Below are positions 1 through 10,024 of a stretch of DNA of 64,000 bases, piece by piece. The stretch lies in assembly GCA_937920495.1 (NCBI GenBank), contig CALEUQ010000008.1:6086-70085 (forward strand), read 5' to 3'. Position 1 is the first letter of the stretch. Each line of letters opens with the position of its first letter. The notes under the pieces were generated by a model. That model was not told the DNA's origin, ran no database searches, and saw nothing but the letters and a program-made list of their open reading frames with translations. The translations under genes were made by a program, and so were the position numbers. Source of the DNA: an uncultured bacterium (lineage in GTDB: Bacteria > Spirochaetota > UBA4802 > UB4802).

Positions 1-3000
1 GTGGCAATCTAGTCATCCGTGCCTCTACTGATGGCCGTTACGGAAGCTGGAATGATGGCAAATTGTTAAACTATCGCAAACTGGAAGTGTGGGAATGGCT
101 CATCAACAGCGTATGTACATTGATCGAAAAATATGATATCGATGGAATCCGATTTGATTCGGCACATGCTGTTCCCATAATGATGAAGAAGAATAACTAT
201 CCATTTATATGGGGCACGTATCGTTCACTGGAATCGCTGGTTGAAGGTGAGATTATTCTTAATGACAGAGAAGATGGGCATTTTATCACAACCGGTTATT
301 TTGACAGTGCGTGCAGGGATCAGATTGCCATACCTTTCCATTATCTTTTAATGAGCCGTGTTGCACAAAAACTTAAGGAAAAGAATAAAACATTTTTTGT
401 ACATTTAGCTGAATGTTATTGGGGCCATGAGCGCTATCTTTCCCGCTGTGGGATTATCCCCTACAACTCTGCACTTTTTAAAATATGCGAGGGGATCATC
501 CATGGCACCACTGATGTCCGCGAGATCTACCATTTTTATGATAACTATCTCCCATACGCCCTACCGCCTGGCACTGAGCTTTTAGGCATACTGGGAAATC
601 ACGACGAACGGCGTGCTCTCAATACATTTGGCCACAGGGGCCTGAGGGCTGCCATTGGCCTTACAATCTTTATAAATAATATCATCATGGATTATGAAGG
701 AAGTGCAGAGGGTGAAAGCTGGAAAGTATATCTGGACAACATCTACGTAAACTGGAATCAGTTTGAGTATGCAGCTCACCGAAGTTTGGAGTCTTTTTAT
801 CGACAGTGGTACCGTTTCCATCGCAACAATAAAGGCAGGGGATATTTAATCTGGGCAAACAATCATCTGGTGGCTGCATCAATAAAATTTACTGAACACA
901 CCATCTGGATTGGAGTTTTTAATTTTGCCGATAGTTCTCAGAATGTGGCATTGCAGTTTGACAATCCACGACTGCCCATTGCCGATGATGCATTTTTTAA
1001 AGTAGTTGATCCGGTGTATTCACCCATCACCAAACATTACAGCTACTATACTGGAAGGGAGCTTAAGGCTTCAAAAATATACACGGTTGTTTCATACACT
1101 GACAGGATTAAGCTTTTAAAATTAGAACCTGTTTCTGATATTGCACCACTGTACACTGAATTCTTGCGGGATTCTCTTTTCAGGTTATATTCAATCAGCA
1201 ATCCTGAAAACTTTAAATCAAATTTCATGTTCCTTGAAACAATTGCACATGCTTCTACCTTTCAGGAATTTACTGAATTTTTACATACCCATATCATCCC
1301 ACAATTCTATCCACAGCACAAAAATTTCATCGAGATAGGATTTAAACGAATTCTCTTTTATATGTTTAAATTTGGATTTAAATCTGGAAACGATATTTTA
1401 CAATTAATTGATAAACTTGCACTTCATGATGATACAAATATATCTGATCTGGGGAAAAGCATACAGTTTCATAACAGACGAGGCCCCATAATATTTATAT
1501 CAGCTGAAGCAGAACCTTTTTCCAAAAGTGGAGGTCTTGCTAACGTGGTCTATGAGCTGCCACGTGAGCTTGTGAGTCTGGGTGAAGAAGTAATAGTTAT
1601 TACACCAAAATACCGCCATGGCGATGAAAAAGCCATGGAAAAGATGCACAATGCACTTGAAAAATATAACGTCCAGTACACAGGCAAAAATGTGCGCTTC
1701 ATGATAGAACATGTTACCTATGAAGCCGGTGTGCATTATGCCCAGATTGATGGTATTCACTATTACCTGCTGGACCATCACGAGTTTTTTGATGGTTTAT
1801 ACTGGGGTTACACCGGTCAGGAAAAACTACGACGGCGTATTGCGTTTGCACGTGCCACAGCCGAGCTTATCACTACATTTGGCTTATACCCGCTATTTGT
1901 TATCACCAATGACGCATATACCGGTATCTTCAACGGCATTGTTCGCAGTGATCATGTATACTATGATAATCCAAATTTCAAGAGAACATCATTCTTCCAT
2001 ATCATCCACAATGGAGGCTGGCAGTATTTTGATTCATATCACCGGTATGAGGATGGCAAAGATCTTTTTTCGCTGTTTAATCTTCCTCACTGGCGTTATA
2101 ATGATTTTTCTGACCCCACTGATTACAATAAGATAAACTGCATGGCTGCTGGCATACGATTTGCTGACAGGGTTATTACGGTAAGCCCTTCATATGCAAA
2201 GCAGATAGAAAAAGCCTGTGATGGCCTGGAAAAGATACTGCATAATGTTATTGGCATAAGTAATGCATTGGGAGTTGACTTTAAAAACAGAATCCTGATG
2301 CGTTTTCACAATTCAGGTTTTATTGATGAATATTACCCCGGAATGATTGAAGCAGTAACATCTGATGCTCCAATGTATAACACTATTCGCGAACGTTATC
2401 CTGAAATACTCGAAGGTATCCGCAATTGTGAAAAGATTACAGATCCTTTACGTAGAGAGTATGTAACTCATATACGGAACAAACTCTGTTTACAATTCAA
2501 ACTGGGTTTTGAAATTAATCCTGACAAAATTTTATTTTCCATGATTCACCGTATAGCAGAACAAAAAGGCTTTCAGCTTTTACTCGATGCGTCGTATGGG
2601 ATATTTGCTACATTAGGATTTCAAGGAGTTATAGGTGGCGCAGTTGCATGGGGAGACCAGCGTGGAAGCGAGCTTGCTACAGGATTACTGAATCTGCAAG
2701 GCTTTTATCCAAAAAATGTGCATGTTAACCTTGGCTTTCAGGATATCAGTGTGCCACTACTATGCAGCGATGTATTTTTAATGCCATCATTGCATGAACC
2801 GGGCGGTATCTCGCAGCTGGAAGCATTGGCATGCGGTTGTCTGGTTGTTGCTCGTGCTACAGGAGGCTTGCGTGATACTGTCATTCCCATACGTATGAAG
2901 GATTCATCAGTGGAAGGTAATGGATTTTTATTTTCTGATTTTACTTCATCATCGTTCTATGATGCAATGCATCGATGTATTGAATTCTTCCGCAACACTG

Positions 3001-3122
3001 ATGATACAACCAAAGCACTGGCACGCAAAAATGCCATGCAATCAGTCTATTACTGGGATAAACCGGCAAAAGAATATATTGACATATTATATTCCCACAA
3101 GGAAATTGTAAGGGTAGTATAA
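1..3122 (+). CDS. Bifunctional alpha-glucan enzyme, 5' partial: GH13 alpha-amylase-like catalytic domain fused to GT5 glycogen (starch) synthase domain
   Basis: Frame is open from nt 3 (no stop upstream; the listed TTG at 63 is not the real start). N-terminal half carries GH13 signature regions: II 'DGIRFDSAHAVP', III 'HLAECYWGHE', IV 'ILGNHDERRA'. From about aa 480 a GlgA-type N-terminus follows: 'IIFISAEAEPFSKSGGLANVVYELPRELVSLGEEVIVITPKYR' (KxGGL motif). Confidence 0.7.
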   Translation, partial: GNLVIRASTDGRYGSWNDGKLLNYRKLEVWEWLINSVCTLIEKYDIDGIRFDSAHAVPIMMKKNNYPFIWGTYRSLESLVEGEIILNDREDGHFITTGYFDSACRDQIAIPFHYLLMSRVAQKLKEKNKTFFVHLAECYWGHERYLSRCGIIPYNSALFKICEGIIHGTTDVREIYHFYDNYLPYALPPGTELLGILGNHDERRALNTFGHRGLRAAIGLTIFINNIIMDYEGSAEGESWKVYLDNIYVNWNQFEYAAHRSLESFYRQWYRFHRNNKGRGYLIWANNHLVAASIKFTEHTIWIGVFNFADSSQNVALQFDNPRLPIADDAFFKVVDPVYSPITKHYSYYTGRELKASKIYTVVSYTDRIKLLKLEPVSDIAPLYTEFLRDSLFRLYSISNPENFKSNFMFLETIAHASTFQEFTEFLHTHIIPQFYPQHKNFIEIGFKRILFYMFKFGFKSGNDILQLIDKLALHDDTNISDLGKSIQFHNRRGPIIFISAEAEPFSKSGGLANVVYELPRELVSLGEEVIVITPKYRHGDEKAMEKMHNALEKYNVQYTGKNVRFMIEHVTYEAGVHYAQIDGIHYYLLDHHEFFDGLYWGYTGQEKLRRRIAFARATAELITTFGLYPLFVITNDAYTGIFNGIVRSDHVYYDNPNFKRTSFFHIIHNGGWQYFDSYHRYEDGKDLFSLFNLPHWRYNDFSDPTDYNKINCMAAGIRFADRVITVSPSYAKQIEKACDGLEKILHNVIGISNALGVDFKNRILMRFHNSGFIDEYYPGMIEAVTSDAPMYNTIRERYPEILEGIRNCEKITDPLRREYVTHIRNKLCLQFKLGFEINPDKILFSMIHRIAEQKGFQLLLDASYGIFATLGFQGVIGGAVAWGDQRGSELATGLLNLQGFYPKNVHVNLGFQDISVPLLCSDVFLMPSLHEPGGISQLEALACGCLVVARATGGLRDTVIPIRMKDSSVEGNGFLFSDFTSSSFYDAMHRCIEFFRNTDDTTKALARKNAMQSVYYWDKPAKEYIDILYSHKEIVRVV

Positions 3123-3236
3123 AATAAAAGAGCCTTCCACAGACACCATAAGTACAAGTGGGAGGCCCTGGAGTGTAAAATGATCTGGTATATAGTTCGG
3201 AAAAATAAAGTTAAAACTTGAATATTTTGTTGTGCC

Positions 3237-3809
3237 ATGAAGAAAAAATATAGAATCACAGTAGTTATAGTATTCATACTTTCATGTGCCTCTAATGATA
3301 AGACAGGATTTAGGAATGTTGTGGATTCTATAAATGGACAGCCTGTTATACCCTACACTGCTAATAAATTATACATAGCTCCATTTGCCAACCTGACCGG
3401 TATCCCGGGCTACGAAGAAAAGATACAACAGCGTGTAACAGAAAAAATAATAACAGGTGGCAGGTTAGCGATAGTTCCTGTACAATCTGACAGCGATGTA
3501 ACACTTACTGGCACAATACACTCATTTCAGGTACAGCCAATAGTGATTGACAGTGCTGGAATAATTAAAAAAAAGAGACTGTTAATCATTGCAGTGATAC
3601 ATTTAGTAAATGTTCATAATGGCAATTATATTTTTCGTAATATCACTGTACAGGCATTTAAAGAATTCTCTGACATTGAAGCACCTGTTACGCCATTTAA
3701 TATCGTGCAGGACGAGGTGGAGCAGACGTTAGCTTCAAGAATTGCATTGCAGGTTGAAACAGGGTGGTACACTTCTCTTAAAACTGAAGTGGAAAAAGGA
3801 AGAAAATAA
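3237..3809 (+). CDS. Lipoprotein, possibly LptE-like (LPS-assembly lipoprotein)
   Basis: Signal peptide plus lipobox Cys ('FILSCASN'), about 190 aa. It lies immediately upstream of holA, as in the conserved leuS-lptE-holA arrangement. The assignment rests on synteny and size only. Confidence 0.35.
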   Translation: MKKKYRITVVIVFILSCASNDKTGFRNVVDSINGQPVIPYTANKLYIAPFANLTGIPGYEEKIQQRVTEKIITGGRLAIVPVQSDSDVTLTGTIHSFQVQPIVIDSAGIIKKKRLLIIAVIHLVNVHNGNYIFRNITVQAFKEFSDIEAPVTPFNIVQDEVEQTLASRIALQVETGWYTSLKTEVEKGRK

Positions 3810-3810
3810 T

Positions 3811-4818
3811 ATGGCAACTAAAACGCTGTATGCTCATGACCTGAAATCGGCCATTCAAAAGGAACTATCGCACATATATTGTTTTTGTGGCAATGATGAA
3901 AACCAAAAAAAGGAAGCAGTTGCTCTCATCGCATCGAAACTATGGAAATCTCAAAACATTGATGATTGTAACATAACAACATACTTTGCCGAGGATGGAA
4001 TTGAACAGGCTCTTTTTGCCATAGCGTCAGTTCCCCTTTTTGGCGGTACTGCACTATATGTAATAAAACATTGTGAACAGATAAGCGCTTCAAAAAAAAT
4101 TCATACAATGGTTCTTGATTGCCTTAACAATCTACCCAATTCAGCGTACGTCATATTTGATACAGAGGAAAACAAACTGCCTTCATTGCTTCCTTCACAA
4201 CTACACGCTCACATTCCTGTTATTCAGTTTTACAAACCTTTTGAAGAAAACTGCAAATCGTATATATTAAAAAAGTGTAAGGATTTATCATTAACTATCT
4301 CACAGGAAGCAACGGAACTTCTTGTTGAATTAACAGCACACAACATAAAAGAGATTGATGATATCCTTACCACCATATCTTTTTCCGGTCATTCTGATAT
4401 CTCCAGAGATTTTTTGGAGGGGTTTGTAATTAATGAAAGAGAGGCAATTGAATTTGATTTTGTGGATTGCTTCTTTTTGAAAGATACACGTGCATGGAAA
4501 CTTTTATCAGAAGCTATTGAACGCAATATAAGCCAGATTCTTCTGTTATCCCTTTTGTTTAATCATGCGCAAAAATTAGAACAATTTCATTTACGCACTG
4601 CACAAGGTGTTCATAGTGATACTTTAATGAAAGAATTGAAAGTATATGGAAAAAGGCAAAAAGTATTTGCCAAACAAGCCTCTATCTTTACTCTTGAAAA
4701 AATTAGAAAATTAATTTCTATGCTATATAAGTATGATATGTATCTCAAAAGCTATCAATCAGAAGCTTTTGCGCAAGATAACCCATTAGTTGACCTCCTG
4801 TTGCAAAACTCAATGTGA
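3811..4818 (+). CDS. holA: DNA polymerase III delta subunit (HolA)
   Basis: ATG at 3811 follows a GGAAAAAGGAAG RBS, 1 nt after the upstream stop. The N-terminal 'LSHIYCFCGNDENQKKEAVALIASK' pattern and about 335 aa length are typical of HolA. Position downstream of a small lipoprotein supports this. Confidence 0.55.
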   Translation: MATKTLYAHDLKSAIQKELSHIYCFCGNDENQKKEAVALIASKLWKSQNIDDCNITTYFAEDGIEQALFAIASVPLFGGTALYVIKHCEQISASKKIHTMVLDCLNNLPNSAYVIFDTEENKLPSLLPSQLHAHIPVIQFYKPFEENCKSYILKKCKDLSLTISQEATELLVELTAHNIKEIDDILTTISFSGHSDISRDFLEGFVINEREAIEFDFVDCFFLKDTRAWKLLSEAIERNISQILLLSLLFNHAQKLEQFHLRTAQGVHSDTLMKELKVYGKRQKVFAKQASIFTLEKIRKLISMLYKYDMYLKSYQSEAFAQDNPLVDLLLQNSM

Positions 4819-4831
4819 TGACACCGTATAT

Positions 4832-7555
4832 ATGGATCTGCTACACACAATCATAGAAAACAAGGAAAAATTCATAGCGTTTAATAATGAAAAGTTTAAG
4901 CGCTTTCAGCAGCTTATTCCCAACCCTGCCATGCGCCGTATTGTCAATACTATCCCTTTTTTATTATGCATAAACAATAAAAAAATGCCAGGGTATGTAG
5001 AAGGAGATGTGCCTTTAGGTATAAAAAACTTTACACTGGATGAAGACACAAAACGTTACCTGCACGGGCGCTATCCTGGCATCACCTTCCATGATTTTGA
5101 ACGTGGCGATTTTATTAAGATGTTTGCAGTCATGGGCAGTGTTGGTACAGTAGCATATAATAAAAAATCAGACCTTGATTACTGGGCATGTGTGCATAAA
5201 AACACAGTATCAAAAGAAGCATTTGATAATTTTAAAAAGAAAGTAACCCTTGTACAGGAATGGGCTTCAAAAGAATTAGAAGTACCTGTACATATATTTA
5301 TTAACGATATTGAAAGCGTTAAAAATAATATCTTTGCCGAAGACGAAGAAGAAGCATTTGGCACAACCGTTGGTGCAGTATTAAAAGATGAATTTTTTCG
5401 AAGTTCAATTATCATTGCCGGCAAGATCCCTTTCTGGTGGGTTGTACCAAGTTTTATAAAGGATGATGAATATGAAGCATTGTATAATCAACTTCCGGCT
5501 GAAATGAAACGGGATGATTTTATTGACCTTGGGAATCTCTATGAAATAACCAGGGAAGATTTTTTAGGTGCTGCGCTTTTTCAGATAATAAAATCACTGG
5601 GCAACCCTTTTAAATCAATATTAAAGATAGGAGTTCTGGAAAAATATCTATTTGGGAAAAGCGATTCACCTCTGTTAAGCCAGAAGGTCAAGATGCATGT
5701 GCTGCTCAGTCGTCTTACCAATTCAATACTGGATGCCTATCTTTTAATGTTTGATGAGGTATATGACTACTATAGTCAGACAATGAATGACCCTGCTATA
5801 CTGCAAATATTAAAACAAAACCTTTATTTAAAAATTGATCCCCAGTTATCAAAATATGTAGGAATAAAAGATAAAAAGAATATTCCCTACAAAGTAGCTG
5901 TGATGTTCAAGTATGTCCATGACTGGAACTGGAACATCAAGGTTATTCAGGATATGGATAACTTTGACAACTGGGACTTCCAGCGCGTAATGCATTTCTG
6001 GGATGCAGTTAAAAAATTCATGCTCATAAGCTACCAGAAGATTTCTTCGCAATTTACTACATTAAATTTGCAAAGGCAGATGTCCGAATCTGATTTTATA
6101 TTGCTATCGCGAAAAATAAAGTCGCACTTTTCTGTTGAGGAAAACAAGGTTGATAAGCTCATTAGCTTCAAGGATACCCCCGCTGAACCTATACTATACG
6201 TTGAACCAGTGAACGAAGGCATACACGAAGTCAGGTGGAGACTATTTAAACGAAACCGCAGTGAAAAAAATGTGTTCACTACAACAACACTACGGACAGA
6301 AAGTGATCTGGTTAAGCTCCTTGTATGGTTAACTGTGAATAATGTGTATGACCACACTGTTACAAGGATTAATATTCAGTCCGGATATGTACGGATAAAC
6401 CAGAATCTGGTTGTTGAATTATTAAATCAAATGTCACAATTTTTTTCCGAAAAAGGAAAAATTAAGACTCAATACTATCTCAAACCAGCATTTAACATGC
6501 TCCAATGCATTATACTCAACTTCAATAATGAAGCAGTAGAACATCTTGATTCATTATACCATGTGTATTCAACAAGCTGGGGCGAACAGTACATCAAGCG
6601 TTATTCAAACATAATTGATATTACCCACATATTGCAGAACATTCTTAAAGACGGACTTGAATTAAAACTCCCCTTTGACGATTATTGCCTGATAAACACT
6701 CCGGGTACACATAAACGCTTCTGCAAAAATTTCATACAGCTTTTCAAGGAATCATATAACTCAATAGTTCACAGTCCTACTACCCATAGCCGTTTTATTG
6801 GCGAGCTTGAAGGTTTGTATTTTACTGTCTTACGTAACAATACCATCGAAGTTCAGGCATTTGATCACATTGTGAAGGTCATGACCACACTCACCTTAAA
6901 ACCAGGAATAGAGGCTCATTACACTTTCTATGGTGATTCATACCACCTGCAGGTGCTGCGTACACTGTATAACAAACGCATTCAAAAAGGGATCACTATA
7001 GGTTACATTGAGGACAACGATAAATTACATGTATATGTAATAAATGAAAAAGGGAATATTTTTACCTTCTTTGCTCCCAAAAATATAAAGAGCGTTTTTT
7101 TGTATCATATATACGGATTTTGCACAAACGTCCTCAAACGATTGCCAGGCAGCGCAAGGGAGAGTGAGTCCAGCATTATATGTTTCAGTGCTCAGGCCGA
7201 CCGCAGAGGAGGCATCAGCTTGATTGATGAAACTGGAAAAATACATGGTGATTATCTCTTAAATTTTACAAAATCAAATGCTCTTCGTGTTCAGGTAGCA
7301 CGACATATGGGAAATGAAATATTCTACAACTTCATATTTCCCGACAATGTTACTTCCGGATTTATGACAATCAAGGAACTGTATAGTGTTAAACGTAAAC
7401 TATTAGAATTAAAAAATGTGGGCGTAGCCATCTACCCTTATATTGGCGAATTAATATTTACTGATCTGAATCAGAAAGAAATGTTATTAGGGTCAAGCAT
7501 CTACTTTGTGGAAAAATATAAAATAGAGCTCATGCTTCAGCGAGCACAAGTCTAA
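4832..7555 (+). CDS. cyaA: Class I adenylate cyclase (enterobacterial CyaA type)
   Basis: Clear blocks of identity to the E. coli CyaA catalytic region: 'FQQLIP..MPGY.EGDVP.GI', 'DLDYWAC' (E. coli DLDIWVC), 'LDEFFRSSIIIAGKIPFWWVVP' (E. coli [22 protein letters not shown]). Length is about 908 aa against 848 in E. coli. Start is ATG 4832, 13 nt after the holA stop. Confidence 0.75.
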   Translation: MDLLHTIIENKEKFIAFNNEKFKRFQQLIPNPAMRRIVNTIPFLLCINNKKMPGYVEGDVPLGIKNFTLDEDTKRYLHGRYPGITFHDFERGDFIKMFAVMGSVGTVAYNKKSDLDYWACVHKNTVSKEAFDNFKKKVTLVQEWASKELEVPVHIFINDIESVKNNIFAEDEEEAFGTTVGAVLKDEFFRSSIIIAGKIPFWWVVPSFIKDDEYEALYNQLPAEMKRDDFIDLGNLYEITREDFLGAALFQIIKSLGNPFKSILKIGVLEKYLFGKSDSPLLSQKVKMHVLLSRLTNSILDAYLLMFDEVYDYYSQTMNDPAILQILKQNLYLKIDPQLSKYVGIKDKKNIPYKVAVMFKYVHDWNWNIKVIQDMDNFDNWDFQRVMHFWDAVKKFMLISYQKISSQFTTLNLQRQMSESDFILLSRKIKSHFSVEENKVDKLISFKDTPAEPILYVEPVNEGIHEVRWRLFKRNRSEKNVFTTTTLRTESDLVKLLVWLTVNNVYDHTVTRINIQSGYVRINQNLVVELLNQMSQFFSEKGKIKTQYYLKPAFNMLQCIILNFNNEAVEHLDSLYHVYSTSWGEQYIKRYSNIIDITHILQNILKDGLELKLPFDDYCLINTPGTHKRFCKNFIQLFKESYNSIVHSPTTHSRFIGELEGLYFTVLRNNTIEVQAFDHIVKVMTTLTLKPGIEAHYTFYGDSYHLQVLRTLYNKRIQKGITIGYIEDNDKLHVYVINEKGNIFTFFAPKNIKSVFLYHIYGFCTNVLKRLPGSARESESSIICFSAQADRRGGISLIDETGKIHGDYLLNFTKSNALRVQVARHMGNEIFYNFIFPDNVTSGFMTIKELYSVKRKLLELKNVGVAIYPYIGELIFTDLNQKEMLLGSSIYFVEKYKIELMLQRAQV

Positions 7556-7561
7556 TACCAA

Positions 7562-8098
7562 TCAATACTCTCCACCAGGGAAATTATCCTTAAAAAAGCG
7601 TATTTTCTTTTTCTGAGTTTCAACTTCCTGCTTATTAATTGTGCCTTTTTCCAGAGCAATATCCAGTAACTTTACTGCCGTATCATCATCCTCTTTTTTT
7701 GCTTTATCTTCATCACCTTGCAGCTTTGCAATCCTTTTATCAATATCATCCTGCGTCAACATTGAAAATTCCTGTTCTTCAAGTTCTACCGCGGTATCTT
7801 TAATTTTAGTATCTTTTGGCTCTTTCTTTTTACCCGTTTTCTTTTTAGGTTCAGCTATTAACGTTTCACCCACTTCTTCCTCTTCAGGTTGCAGATTAGC
7901 TGGTGGGTTTGCTATTTTCAACTCTAACAGTTTTATGCGTTCACCCAGTAATATGTTTATCTGCTTTTCGATAGTTATAAATATGGGTTGAGTAAAGGAT
8001 TTATTCCTCTGCAAAGATTTTTCCAATTTTCTGAGCTCACGGATGTCCTGGTCTATCATTTCAATTCGTTTAAGCACATGGATAACTTTCATAATCAA
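7562..8098 (-). CDS. Hypothetical K/E-rich coiled-coil protein
   Basis: 178 aa, highly charged low-complexity C-terminal half, no recognisable domain. It is the last gene of a minus-strand trio with the STAS and Cache-like genes. Confidence 0.4.
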   Translation of the reverse strand: MIMKVIHVLKRIEMIDQDIRELRKLEKSLQRNKSFTQPIFITIEKQINILLGERIKLLELKIANPPANLQPEEEEVGETLIAEPKKKTGKKKEPKDTKIKDTAVELEEQEFSMLTQDDIDKRIAKLQGDEDKAKKEDDDTAVKLLDIALEKGTINKQEVETQKKKIRFFKDNFPGGEY

Positions 8099-8269
8099 AC
8101 CTCAAAAGTAATGTTACGTTATGTAATCGCTAATTCAAGCCACAACATTATTTCATTCATTACACCCATGCATGGTCTAACGCCTATGACGTAGTGATAA
8201 GTGGTGATAAGTAATGTAAACTAAGTATCACATTAATGTCAATCAACTTTTAATATCACACACCATTTA

Positions 8270-8830
8270 CTAATTAAAATACACAGTCCGGTCATCGTCC
8301 ACTGCAAACTGTAATCCGCAATCGGGACATTTAAATTTACCCGGTGAATGTATCCGTACCATAGTTTTGCAATCGGGACATTCAATAACCAATGGATGTT
8401 CAAACACAATGGATGGCCTTTCATCTGTTTTTGTCTCTGTATACACTTCTATTTTTTGGCTTTCTTTTGCTATAAATTGTTTTTCTATAATTGTATCACC
8501 TGCATTACGAACTGCATCAATTGCTTCTTCTAATGAATGGTACCGTGTGATAGAAAGTCCTATTATATCCATTAATGTCGCTATCTCTTTATTGCAATTG
8601 CACAGCACTATTAAGCCTCCAGCTGATTCAACTACTCTTTGCGCATATATTAATGCGCCAAAACCTGTTGAACTGATATACTCCAACTTTTCACAATCAA
8701 TTATTACCGCGTTGTATTCCTTTGACAGCGTTGCAATATACTCTTCACACTGCACAGCATTTGTATGATTGATGTACCCCTCTACAGTAACTATCGCTAC
8801 TGAATCCTTTACTGTATGCTGAATAAACAT
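8270..8830 (-). CDS. STAS-domain (anti-sigma-factor-antagonist-like) protein with C-terminal CxxC..CxxC zinc ribbon
   Basis: The N-terminus has a SpoIIAA-like pattern ('VAIVTVEGYINHTNA...IIDCEKLEYISSTGFGALI'). The C-terminus is 'IECPDCKTMVRIHSPGKFKCPDCG'. Confidence 0.55.
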   Translation of the reverse strand: MFIQHTVKDSVAIVTVEGYINHTNAVQCEEYIATLSKEYNAVIIDCEKLEYISSTGFGALIYAQRVVESAGGLIVLCNCNKEIATLMDIIGLSITRYHSLEEAIDAVRNAGDTIIEKQFIAKESQKIEVYTETKTDERPSIVFEHPLVIECPDCKTMVRIHSPGKFKCPDCGLQFAVDDDRTVYFN

Positions 8831-8836
8831 TGTAGT

Positions 8837-9661
8837 CTACTCCTTTACCGGTATGGCTTCTTTTATTACGGAGCGCATCTGATCGCCTTTTGTATACAAT
8901 GGTGCGGTGAATTCTCTAACATTCTGCAACAACCTCTTTTGCTTAATGAATACGATTATACCAGTGCAAACTGAAAACACCAGTGCTGTCCCGCAAATTA
9001 TGAGTAGCATAAAAAGCAGTTCCATGTATGCATGTTTCATCATATCATAAATAGGAGTTTTGACAATAATACAATTAATGGTACCTATGGATTTGCCTTT
9101 ATCATATACAGCTTTTGTTACAAGCCAGCTGTTAGTATTGATATCTTTATACAAAAACTGCTGTATGTACTTTCTGACTATGGTAGTAAATGGTAGCCGC
9201 AGATCAGGAACAAAATAATCAAAGATAAAAAGTTCTCTGGATTGTTGTGCATGTGGATACAAAATCATATCAATATTGTAATAAAATTCATCATTTGCAA
9301 TGTTCCCTTTGAGCTCATTTGCTTTTTTGGTATCAGAATGCGCAAGAATCTTCCCATCATCCAACACAAGAAAAACTTCTTTTATTCCTTTAATATTTTT
9401 TGATTCTTCAATGAGCGATAGTAACTGGTCATTGGATCTGGTTGCATACGCACGTTCACTGGCCTGTGCATATGTTGAAATCAATGTTTTAGCAATATTT
9501 TTTACCTGGCTGGTAAACGCAGCAATATCAGATTTTACGTGGATGTATTTATAATAGATTGCACCCGATGAAGCAATTGCTGCTATCACAAAAAAAAGTA
9601 TTATCACAAATAAATAGGGGAACCGTATGTGTGTAGTGTTGTGCATGATTGCTCTCAACAA
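8837..9661 (-). CDS. Membrane protein with one periplasmic (Cache-like?) domain between two TM helices, no output domain
   Basis: TM helices at about aa 15-37 and about aa 215-240, with about 180 aa between them. The cytoplasmic tail is only about 35 aa. A 6-nt gap separates it from the STAS gene. Confidence 0.45.
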   Translation of the reverse strand: MLRAIMHNTTHIRFPYLFVIILFFVIAAIASSGAIYYKYIHVKSDIAAFTSQVKNIAKTLISTYAQASERAYATRSNDQLLSLIEESKNIKGIKEVFLVLDDGKILAHSDTKKANELKGNIANDEFYYNIDMILYPHAQQSRELFIFDYFVPDLRLPFTTIVRKYIQQFLYKDINTNSWLVTKAVYDKGKSIGTINCIIVKTPIYDMMKHAYMELLFMLLIICGTALVFSVCTGIIVFIKQKRLLQNVREFTAPLYTKGDQMRSVIKEAIPVKE

Positions 9662-10024
9662 CTGTATTTAAATGCCTTGCAATAATTCTTGCTATGCCAT
9701 ATACCGTGATATCGTTTCTACGTATAAGTGCACCTAACGGTACGCAAAAAAATCATTATACATATCTATCTCATTATCGGATGTTTGTGCTTTGATATGT
9801 ATAATTTTTCAATGTTGTACCTGTACCTATGATTGTTTGTTATAACGGGCTAAGAATAAGTGAAACAACAGATATATGTAAACACCAATTTAGAATAAAC
9901 AAGCTTGACTAAAAATCGTATAGGATTAGAAATTCCAGAACAAATGTGATATGACTATATAGCATAGTGCAAGAAAACCCGAAATAACGCTGGCAAAATT
10001 CTATTGTTTCAGGAGACAATGATA

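Noticed and set aside
63-65. TTG 'start' of the first ORF
   Set aside because: The reading frame is open from nt 3 with GH13-like sequence, so the gene begins upstream of the window.
7641-7991. 116-aa Ser-rich plus-strand ORF
   Set aside because: It is the antisense shadow of the K/E-rich coiled-coil gene. Low complexity Ser/Phe arises from reading AAG/GAA codons in reverse.
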